IMG/VR virus record: IMGVR_UViG_2974725113_000001 | Location: 23,074 to 87,073 of that record | Strand: one strand, 5' to 3' | Source of the DNA: Oliverocinquevirus OLIVR5 | Lineage: Duplodnaviria > Heunggongvirae > Uroviricota > Caudoviricetes | Length of the DNA: 64,000 nt | In this document: positions 56,297-63,859 of the stretch, in pieces | How the letters are laid out: each line of letters opens with the position of its first letter | Numbering within the stretch: the stretch's first letter is position 1 | Position numbers and translations under genes: made by a program | Notes under the pieces: generated by a model | The model's input: only the letters and a program-made list of their open reading frames with translations | What the model was told of the DNA's origin: nothing | Databases searched by the model: none

Positions 56297-56665
56297 ATGC
56301 AAACTCTGATGAAAATTCTATTCGTCATAGTCGTTGCATCCTTAGGAACTCAGACCGTGGCATTCGGAAAGGATAAATCTGCGGTAGGGATTGCGTCGTA
56401 CTATGGAAAGATATTCGAAGGGAGGAAGACCGCGAGTGGCGAAAAATACAGCGGAAATCTTCTCACAGCAGCTCACATGAGATACCCGATGGGATCGAAG
56501 GTGAAGGTTACTGATCTGAAGACTGGCAAGTCTGTCATCGTTAGGATCAATGATAGAGGTCCTCATATCAAAGGACGGATCGTCGATCTTTCAAATCGGG
56601 CTGCTAGAGAACTCGGAATCCTTCAGAAAGGTGTAGCAAAGGTTTCGGTACAGAGGATCAACTGA
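56297..56665 (+). CDS. rlpA: RlpA-like double-psi beta-barrel lytic transglycosylase
   Basis: Signal peptide; GIASYYG...G.KTASGE.Y....TAAH...P.G..V.VT....G.SV.VRINDRGP....RI.DLS..AA..LG. Confidence 0.9.
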   Translation: MQTLMKILFVIVVASLGTQTVAFGKDKSAVGIASYYGKIFEGRKTASGEKYSGNLLTAAHMRYPMGSKVKVTDLKTGKSVIVRINDRGPHIKGRIVDLSNRAARELGILQKGVAKVSVQRIN

Positions 56666-56671
56666 TCCAAG

Positions 56672-56711
56672 ATGGGATAGAAATGCTCTTTCGCGGGTGT
56701 TTCTATCCCAT
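56672..56711 (+). terminator. intrinsic terminator
   Basis: ATGGGATAGAAA...TTTCTATCCCAT followed by a T-run. Confidence 0.75.
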
Positions 56712-56767
56712 TTTAGTTTGTACTATCAACCACTTGTGAAATATTTTCCGAAATTGCATTTTACGTA

Positions 56768-56797
56768 TTTACTTAAAGCTTGAAATCTCGGTATAAT
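56768..56797 (+). promoter_or_regulatory. promoter
   Basis: TTTACT-N18-TATAAT. Confidence 0.6.
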
Positions 56798-56999
56798 TGC
56801 GATAGCACCCTCCCATACACTATCCCTTCCTCTATCTGGTGGATGGAGAAGTACAGGGTGACTTAAACCTTTACAAGAGGTCATAAGTGTCCTTTTATGG
56901 ATCGTAAGGATGCCTAAGGAGACATATGTGACCCTTTAACCGCGAAGCGGCCGACTTGTCGGAATCCTAGGATTTGGAATAATATTTCAGCTTTAGAGG

Positions 57000-57028
57000 T
57001 TTACTTCTTCAGGTTCATTTGATACGTT
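57000..57028 (+). promoter_or_regulatory. early promoter for gene 33
   Basis: TTTACT-N17-TACGTT followed by ACGGAG RBS. Confidence 0.6.
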
Positions 57029-57052
57029 CAATTTAGAAATACGGAGTACCAA

Positions 57053-57301
57053 ATGCAGAAATTCGAAAAGGATATTCTCGATATCCTAAAGTCTTTTAAG
57101 ACGCGTTCTCACATGGAGAACTGTGACGTCTTGGATGCTATCGAGGAATACGTAACCGTCGAGAAGATCGACGAAGACCAACTCATCTTTTCTGATGATT
57201 TCAAGAACTTCATTTTCGAAGCTGCTTGTAAGAAGAACCTAATCGATAAGAAATTCGTCGTGAAGGAAGAGAAAAACATGAACGAGTTGGAGCTGTTCTA
57301 A
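57053..57301 (+). CDS. 33: late-transcription coactivator gp33
   Basis: ..LDAI..Y...E.I......S..FK..I..EA...NL pattern. Confidence 0.65.
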   Translation: MQKFEKDILDILKSFKTRSHMENCDVLDAIEEYVTVEKIDEDQLIFSDDFKNFIFEAACKKNLIDKKFVVKEEKNMNELELF

Positions 57302-57302
57302 C

Positions 57303-57923
57303 ATGGAACTGACTGATGCCAGAGAAGCTCGTCTCCGCACGCTCTATCGTTGCTGGATAGGATATTCGATTTTCTTCACTACAGGAAAGATGAAGTTCGA
57401 CGACGATCATGTGCCTATTGTTCGTTATCCGAATCTCGATGATCGGAAGACGCGGTTCATGACTATCAACATGGAGAAGGTTCTCGGAAAAATCCACTCG
57501 GATTTATTCCCGCTCTTCTTCGTCTCTCTTGGCATCAAGAAACTCGGAGTTTTTCCGCAACCTTTCCAGGAACTCGGCCCGAAAGAAATCGAGAACCTGA
57601 AGCTCGGCATGAAGCAGATGATTTTGCATCTTGCCAACTTGAGAACCGAATGGTCGTCTCGAAAGGAAGATCATTTCTCCTACGAATCTCTCGTAGAGGA
57701 AATTGGAAAGAACAAGGCGTCAGTTCCTTTTGCAGTCATGTACGCGAAGAAGCATAACGTCGAGAGTATGGATTTCGGAATGACAGGAGGCCTGATGCAA
57801 ATGCAGGTAAGTCGCGTCCTGGATCGATGCATCCATCTCGAAAAGGAATATTCATTCTTCACTAAGAACAACGTCCTGGCTGTATCTATGGCCAATCTGT
57901 GGAAAAGCATGGGAGAAATCTGA
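57303..57923 (+). CDS. 59: probable helicase loader gp59
   Basis: Directly follows gp33 as in T4; weak Y......FFTT.K...R...FFVS similarity. Confidence 0.45.
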   Translation: MELTDAREARLRTLYRCWIGYSIFFTTGKMKFDDDHVPIVRYPNLDDRKTRFMTINMEKVLGKIHSDLFPLFFVSLGIKKLGVFPQPFQELGPKEIENLKLGMKQMILHLANLRTEWSSRKEDHFSYESLVEEIGKNKASVPFAVMYAKKHNVESMDFGMTGGLMQMQVSRVLDRCIHLEKEYSFFTKNNVLAVSMANLWKSMGEI

Positions 57924-57924
57924 A

Positions 57925-58308
57925 ATGATTCGCACAGTCCTCAATGATCCTTACTTCGTTCCGGTCGATATTTTCTGTGACCTGGTCCATCTTATTGGTG
58001 GAGACGTGGACGCGATCGATCGGTTCAACAAATTCATCACTTTTCAAAAGGATAGGATTTACTATCGGGTTGCTATCCAAGACGACGGCCTCGTTGACAC
58101 TCTTCGGTTGTCTGAAGATATTGACAACTTCATGCGAAGCGGATGGCACAATTACCTCAGCGACTCGAATTATGCTGAAAACGAATATTCGAAAGCGTGC
58201 GAGTCTTCAGAAGAGTACGAAGGTCCAAATATCTGGGCAGCCTTCGCGAAAGAGAAGCGGCACCTGTTCGCCGATCTCAAGAAAGCAATAGAATTGGCAG
58301 ACGAATGA
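57925..58308 (+). CDS. hypothetical protein
   Basis: ORF track, coupled. Confidence 0.7.
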   Translation: MIRTVLNDPYFVPVDIFCDLVHLIGGDVDAIDRFNKFITFQKDRIYYRVAIQDDGLVDTLRLSEDIDNFMRSGWHNYLSDSNYAENEYSKACESSEEYEGPNIWAAFAKEKRHLFADLKKAIELADE

Positions 58309-58502
58309 AAACTATTCACAAAATCGATTGTTCACACTGTCAGAGATTTACGGTTGTTCCGGAGAAATCTGTAACGGAAATTCAGAACGACGTCGTAAAC
58401 GAAATCGCTGAATGGCTGAAGACTCAGCGGTCTGATGTTCCTGCAAACGGATGGGAATTCTCTTCTGCCGTCCTGGAGAAATTCATAAAGGTCGTCCAAT
58501 GA
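58305..58502 (+). CDS. hypothetical protein with CxxC
   Basis: Start MKTIHK; CSHC. Confidence 0.6.
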   Translation: MKTIHKIDCSHCQRFTVVPEKSVTEIQNDVVNEIAEWLKTQRSDVPANGWEFSSAVLEKFIKVVQ

Positions 58503-58681
58503 ATACAACCTGGGACGATTACTTCAAAGAGATAGAGGAGCTCATCGAGCAAATCAGATATCTTGCTGAGGTCGGGATGATCGATCCGGATAATCTTCGT
58601 GTCGCTCTCGATACCATCCGAGACGAGGCTCAAACGAAGGTTTACGAAATCTACGGAGAATTCATCAATGGCTCTGACTAA
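58499..58681 (+). CDS. hypothetical protein
   Basis: Start MNTTWD. Confidence 0.6.
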   Translation: MNTTWDDYFKEIEELIEQIRYLAEVGMIDPDNLRVALDTIRDEAQTKVYEIYGEFINGSD

Positions 58682-58919
58682 GATCAATGTTGAAATCTTC
58701 GTAGAAATGTACGACTGCGAATGCTGTGGAGCTTATGATACCGTTTCGGTCACTGACGACAAAGGAAATGACTGGTATTACGATGGCCACTTCGGAGGTA
58801 CGAACTGTCCGTTTCCTATCAAGACCTATTCGATAAGAGAGACGAAGAAGAATGCCAGGAAGTGGTATCGCGAGAACGGTTTTGACGCAAAGATTTCTGT
58901 GTCCGATAAGCGGATGTAA
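58668..58919 (+). CDS. hypothetical protein
   Basis: Start MALTKI; YDCECCG...YYDGHFGG motif. Confidence 0.65.
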   Translation: MALTKINVEIFVEMYDCECCGAYDTVSVTDDKGNDWYYDGHFGGTNCPFPIKTYSIRETKKNARKWYRENGFDAKISVSDKRM

Positions 58920-58937
58920 TATATAATACCAACTCAA

Positions 58938-59013
58938 TGGAATATAGCTCAGTTGGTAGAGCGCCTGACTGTTAATCAGGATGTCGCAGGTTCGAGCCCT
59001 GCTATTCCAGCCA
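58938..59013 (+). tRNA. tRNA-Asn(GTT)
   Basis: Acceptor TGGAATA/TATTCCA, D-loop AGTTGGTA, anticodon loop CTGTTAA, GGTTCGAG T-arm, encoded CCA; 76 nt. Confidence 0.95.
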
Positions 59014-59014
59014 A

Positions 59015-59090
59015 TATCCCGTAGCCAAGCTGGTAAGGCATGAGTTTTTGGCACTCACATGCGCTGGTTCGAGCCCAGCCGGGATATCCA
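59015..59090 (+). tRNA. tRNA-Gln(TTG)
   Basis: Acceptor TATCCCG/CGGGATA, TAGCCAAGCTGGTAAGGCA D-arm, anticodon stem TGAGT/ACTCA with loop TTTTGGC, encoded CCA; 76 nt. Confidence 0.92.
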
Positions 59091-59148
59091 GTTTCAGTAG
59101 CGTAGGAAGGTCCCACTGATTTCGGTCGGAATTCACGCACCTCCTACA

Positions 59149-59185
59149 GGAGAGTCCAGAGTCGAGCAACTCCTCTGGACTCTCC
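59149..59185. terminator. 13-bp hairpin after the tRNAs
   Basis: GGAGAGTCCAGAG...CTCTGGACTCTCC. Confidence 0.65.
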
Positions 59186-59392
59186 ATTTCCTTTGTAAAT
59201 ACCTTCATGAAAATAAATAGAGATTTGATTTCAGCTGTTTGGCGGACTTAAACGTTCTCGTTTCGATTTTAGTATTTACATTACGCGATATCAACATTCC
59301 GTACAACTCTATTCCATACACCTTTATTCCGAGGATGGAGAATATAGAGTCTGTCAAGGTCTAAGTATAGTCCTCTTCCTAATATACTTATC

Positions 59393-61150
59393 ATGACCCA
59401 GCCTTTCGATCCAAATCTCCACATCAAATTTGAGAAACTCGACTCCATCAAAGATCGGATAAATCCGAGATATTGGGAGCTCTGCAACTCGGTCAATCTG
59501 AACTACAAGTTCGATCCAGACATTCCTGAGATTGTCGACACGACCAAGTATGGTCCTCGTTCATTCTACATGAACAACAAGAAGATCAAGCGAGCAGGCG
59601 TCGAAGTAAACTTCACTCCTGAGATGATCGAGGAGCTGAGGCGATGCAAAGAGGATATTCTCTATTTCGCCGAACGGTACTATACGATTCGTACTCTCGA
59701 CCATGGCAAGATCAAAATCCCTCTCCGCGACTATCAGAAGTTTTGGCTTCGAGTTTACGAAATCGAAGAAATCCGAAACAGAGTGTGGCTCGCATGTCGT
59801 CAGTCAGCTAAGTCTACGACTCTGACCGTTGAGATTGCGCATCGAATGATCTTCAATGAAGACTTTGAATATGTCATCTTGGCTAACAAGGGTAACACCG
59901 CTCGTGAAATCTTTTCGCGTGTCCGTATGGCATATGAGCAGCTCCCTCTTTGGATGCAGATTGGCGTCCTCGAATGGAACAAGGGTTCTGTGAAGCTTGA
60001 GAATGACTCTCGAGTATTTGCTGCTTCCTCGTCTTCTGACTCTGTCCGTGGTTTCTCTCCGAACGAAGTTCTCCTCGACGAAGCCGCGTTCGTGAAGAAC
60101 GATGAAGAGTTCATGGCGTCCGTGTTCCCGACCATCTCGTCTGGTTCGAAATCTCGTATGACTCAGGTCTCGACTCCGAACGGCCCTCGCGGAATTTTCT
60201 ATCGAGATTACTCTCGTGCAGCCGCAGGCAAGAACGGTTACTTCTCGTTTGCTGTTCCGTGGCATTTTGTGCCTGGTAGAGATGAGGCTTGGAAAGCCAA
60301 GACCATCGAAGATACGTCTCGTTCGCAGTTCCTCCAGGAGCAGGACCTTGCATTCCTCGGTGCTGCCGACGGTCTCATCGACGGTGAAGTCATCGAACGT
60401 ATGACTCTCGAATTGATGGACCCTATCCTTGTCAATGATGAAGAGATGAGCGGTGACGAATATCGAGTCTTCGAACTTCCTCAGAACGGAAAGTCGTATA
60501 TCCTTACGGCTGATACCGCTGAAGGTAAAGGCAAGGACTCTTCGACCTTCTCGGTCTTTTACGTCTCCGAACGTCCATTCAAGCAGGTGATGAGCTACAA
60601 GTCGAATCAGGTATCTCAGCTGATCTTCCCGAACAAAATGGCGAAGGTCGCAGAGCTCTACAACATGGCTCTCATCATCCCAGAACGGAATAATACGTCC
60701 GGCGGCACTGTTTGCTACAAGCTCTACTATGACCTCGAATATCCGAACGTCTACATGAGTGGCGATGGTGAAATGGACATTGGTGTTCACGTATCGCATT
60801 CCGTTCGTTCGCTCGGCACGAACACTCTCCGTTCTCTCTGCGAAAAGGGTGGACTTGTTGTTCGAGACGAAAGAACACTGAACGAGCTGGCCAACTTCCG
60901 TCTTCAGAAGAATGGCAAATATGCTGCTCCTGAAGGTGACCACGATGACATGGTCCAGAACCTCTGGATTTTCTCCTGGTATTCGGCTCAGTCAGAGTTC
61001 GAAGAAGCGATGAAGGAAAATATCTACAACAACCTCTACAAGGAGGAGTTGGACACGATTGAGAACCTCAAGATCACGAGCTCTGAACCTGTCCAATATG
61101 ATCCATTTGCTGTTGGAGCTCCGGTGCAACGTACCAGCTCCTTCTGGTAA
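59393..61150 (+). CDS. 17: terminase large subunit gp17
   Basis: E...C..DI.YFAE.Y..I, LRDYQ, CRQSAKST, LANK...A.EI..R, LDEAAF, STPNG, D.AEG.G.D.S, HDD.V. Confidence 0.95.
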   Translation: MTQPFDPNLHIKFEKLDSIKDRINPRYWELCNSVNLNYKFDPDIPEIVDTTKYGPRSFYMNNKKIKRAGVEVNFTPEMIEELRRCKEDILYFAERYYTIRTLDHGKIKIPLRDYQKFWLRVYEIEEIRNRVWLACRQSAKSTTLTVEIAHRMIFNEDFEYVILANKGNTAREIFSRVRMAYEQLPLWMQIGVLEWNKGSVKLENDSRVFAASSSSDSVRGFSPNEVLLDEAAFVKNDEEFMASVFPTISSGSKSRMTQVSTPNGPRGIFYRDYSRAAAGKNGYFSFAVPWHFVPGRDEAWKAKTIEDTSRSQFLQEQDLAFLGAADGLIDGEVIERMTLELMDPILVNDEEMSGDEYRVFELPQNGKSYILTADTAEGKGKDSSTFSVFYVSERPFKQVMSYKSNQVSQLIFPNKMAKVAELYNMALIIPERNNTSGGTVCYKLYYDLEYPNVYMSGDGEMDIGVHVSHSVRSLGTNTLRSLCEKGGLVVRDERTLNELANFRLQKNGKYAAPEGDHDDMVQNLWIFSWYSAQSEFEEAMKENIYNNLYKEELDTIENLKITSSEPVQYDPFAVGAPVQRTSSFW

Positions 61151-61165
61151 TCTGAAAGGGAAGAA

Positions 61166-63754
61166 ATGACGAACAAGACCGAATTCGAAAATCCGTACGA
61201 CCTGTTTGGTGGTACGGTAGGTCAAATTCCTGACCTCCAGACTGCGACACAGAAAATTCGAGAGGAGATTCGCGTCCAGGTTCCGGCAAGCGCAGGTCTG
61301 TCCTTGACTCGATGGTTCAAGGACCCTATCAAGGCCTTCACCGATCCTTTCAGGAATTTCAATTTCCGTTTCAAGAAGGGTAGAGTTTCGTTTGAGGAGT
61401 ACGAAAGGAATTTCGCTCCTCAGACTCCTAACATCCTCCAGTCTGCGAATCCGATGGGTTTCGACGAGGTCATTTCTATCTTCGAAACTCTTTTCGATGA
61501 TCTGACGGAAGATGAACGCCAGGACTACGATGCGGCTCGGTATAAAATCCACATCATGCTTCGAATCCTCGAGACGCGAATGGAGATGGAGAACGGCGTA
61601 GATTTCATTCGCGACAACTTCGCTGAAAGAGACATCTCCTTCATCCTTCGGTTCTCGGCAGAATGGAGAGAAATGATCTCGAACACCGACGTTTCTCTTC
61701 GAGACCAGCTCATTGACCTCCGTACCTATCTGATGCTTTTCTATGAGCTCTTCATCGGAGTGGCATTCGAAGCAGGTCGATATGAGGAGAAGATCAAGAA
61801 TTACGCGGCACTCTTCTCGAACGTTGTGGTTCTCATTGACGAAATCCTGATCCAGTTCCCGAACGAGCTCGAGGTCATGGTAGAGCGTCTCGCTAACCTC
61901 CTCACGTACACGCCTGCAAAGAAAATCCATCGGTATCGATTGACGAATCTCGCTGGAGTCTTGAAGAACCCTCTCTTCAAGTTCGTCAAGAGCGATTACA
62001 TCAGGACGCAGTCTCCTTCGACGAACGTGATGGCAACGTCCTTCGCGAGAAAGGAAGTGAACCCTCGTGACCAAATCGATGCAGCTCAAGCCTCTCTTCC
62101 GACCGCTCGATTGGCAACTCCCGATATCGGTGTAGGAGATAAAATCCAGGCCAATGCCGAGATTGATACGATTCCTTACACAGGAACTGTTGGTCCTCTC
62201 ACGACCGAGCAATTCGAGGCTTTGAGACGAGCAGTTCGTCAAAGAGAATCCGGTGGAGATTATTCGGCAGTCAATAGATACGGCTTCTCTGGAGCATATC
62301 AATTCGGTGGTCCTGCTCTTCAAGACCTCGGTTATGCGAAGAAGGGAACATCCGGTAAAGGTCTGAAGAACCCTAACAACTGGACAGGGAAAAATGGCAT
62401 CACGTCTCTCGGCGTTTTCCTCCAGAACAGAAAGCTCCAGGATGATCTCTTTGTCGTATGGATGAAGCTCCTTTACAAGCGGTGTCTATCGGTCAAGGCT
62501 ATCTCCGAATCGGACACTCCTGCCCAGGTAGCAGGCATCATCACAGTAGCCCATCTTCTTGGTGCTGGTGGTGCTCGAGACTTTAAGAACGGTAAGGATG
62601 GAGCTGACGGAAACGGAACGAAGGCGAGCGAATACTACAATCTAGGAAAGAACGCTGTTGGCGGATCGACGACTGTAGCAAGTGCAGACGAAGCAATTCA
62701 GAACTCGAACGCAGCTTCGATGAACACTTTGCCTGACTCAGCAATGGTCACCGTTCCTGAACAATCTGCTGCTCCAGTCTATCCGTACAACAAGGTGAAA
62801 GCCACAGAGTCTGGTCACTTTGAAGAATATGACGATACGCCAGGTGCAGAACGAATTCAGGTCCGTCATCGAAAGGGTTCTGGCTATGAGCTAAAAGAAA
62901 CAGGAGACACTGTTTACTTTTCCTCAAGAGATAGTTATGATGCTGTGCTCGGAAACAATTTCATCGTCGTTTCTGGACTCTGCAACATTTACGTGAAAGG
63001 CGATTGCGGTATCGTCTCCGAAGGAAACGTGAATATCAATGCCGGTCAGGACTTGAACCTTATTGCTGGCGGTGATGTGAATGTCGTCTCTGGCGGAAAT
63101 CACTCTGTTCGAGTCTCCGGCTCGGATTCGAAGACCGTTGAAGGAGATGCTGCCCATTCTTACGGTGGTTTCCTTCGTCAGTCGTCTGATGGTGATATGC
63201 AGCTAGAGTCTTCTTCGTTCACTGCTCTTTCTAGGAATGGCAACACGACGTTCATTTCGAAAGGTGATGTCAACACCGTCACTTCAGGATCGATCAACCA
63301 GAACGCTGTGGGTAGCATTTCTTCCGTGGCAAAAGGTAATATCATCTCTGTTTCCTATGGCGACCAGACTCTTACTGCGACAGGGAAAATGGTCATGAGT
63401 GGCGATTCTCTCATTGCCAACGGTAAGTCGAATGCCAACGTCGGTTCTGATGGTTCTACGACCATCGCAGGTTCTGGAGTCATCAAGCTTGGAGCTCCTG
63501 TAGAGAAATCTCTTTTCGCAGATTCTGCCGGCATCGCTCCTGACGGTCCTGCAAGTCCTGTTAGCCCATCCGGATCGTCTTCTGATGGTGGAGCTGGTCA
63601 AGTCTCGAACGACAACAAAAAGAAGATCGAGGAAAAACCTGTGGCAAAAATCGTCGAGGAATTCTCCGCATCAGACTTCAATAAGACTCAGGCGCGCACA
63701 GGCGGTGGAGAAGGTTCTACACCATCCACTACTGATCCTTACACCTTTGCTTAA
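61166..63754 (+). CDS. 5: gp5-like baseplate hub / tail-associated lysozyme
   Basis: Lysozyme-like RESGGDY.A.N..G..GAYQF domain, then YPYN.V..TESGH..EYDDTPG.ERI...H..G and beta-helix repeats. Confidence 0.8.
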   Translation: MTNKTEFENPYDLFGGTVGQIPDLQTATQKIREEIRVQVPASAGLSLTRWFKDPIKAFTDPFRNFNFRFKKGRVSFEEYERNFAPQTPNILQSANPMGFDEVISIFETLFDDLTEDERQDYDAARYKIHIMLRILETRMEMENGVDFIRDNFAERDISFILRFSAEWREMISNTDVSLRDQLIDLRTYLMLFYELFIGVAFEAGRYEEKIKNYAALFSNVVVLIDEILIQFPNELEVMVERLANLLTYTPAKKIHRYRLTNLAGVLKNPLFKFVKSDYIRTQSPSTNVMATSFARKEVNPRDQIDAAQASLPTARLATPDIGVGDKIQANAEIDTIPYTGTVGPLTTEQFEALRRAVRQRESGGDYSAVNRYGFSGAYQFGGPALQDLGYAKKGTSGKGLKNPNNWTGKNGITSLGVFLQNRKLQDDLFVVWMKLLYKRCLSVKAISESDTPAQVAGIITVAHLLGAGGARDFKNGKDGADGNGTKASEYYNLGKNAVGGSTTVASADEAIQNSNAASMNTLPDSAMVTVPEQSAAPVYPYNKVKATESGHFEEYDDTPGAERIQVRHRKGSGYELKETGDTVYFSSRDSYDAVLGNNFIVVSGLCNIYVKGDCGIVSEGNVNINAGQDLNLIAGGDVNVVSGGNHSVRVSGSDSKTVEGDAAHSYGGFLRQSSDGDMQLESSSFTALSRNGNTTFISKGDVNTVTSGSINQNAVGSISSVAKGNIISVSYGDQTLTATGKMVMSGDSLIANGKSNANVGSDGSTTIAGSGVIKLGAPVEKSLFADSAGIAPDGPASPVSPSGSSSDGGAGQVSNDNKKKIEEKPVAKIVEEFSASDFNKTQARTGGGEGSTPSTTDPYTFA

Positions 63755-63759
63755 GATTA

Positions 63760-63828
63760 TTCCAAGGCGATTTATTTCGCCTTGGAGGGGATTTAGCTGT
63801 TTACAATCAGAAATTTCTTAGATACGTT
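63760..63828 (+). promoter_or_regulatory. stem-loop plus early promoter cassette (PeSL-like)
   Basis: TTCCAAGGCGA-tttatt-TCGCCTTGGA-GGGGATTTAGCTG-TTTACA-N17-TACGTT. Confidence 0.8.
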
Positions 63829-63859
63829 CATTTCAACTTAAACCTTAAAGGAAATCGAA

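Noticed and set aside
59091-59148. Third tRNA or tRNA remnant after tRNA-Gln
   Set aside because: It forms only an imperfect hairpin (GTAGGAAGGT/ACCTCCTAC), with no T-loop GTTC motif, cloverleaf or CCA.
58665-59496. Minus-strand ORFs 58665..59054, 59002..59208 and 59281..59496
   Set aside because: They overlap the tRNA genes or the start of gp17 in antisense and are judged spurious.
59780-59830. Walker A variant RQSAKST in gp17 as a sign of an inactive terminase
   Set aside because: The catalytic Lys-Ser/Thr, Walker B and nuclease aspartates are intact. A single Gly-to-Ala change is not enough evidence.
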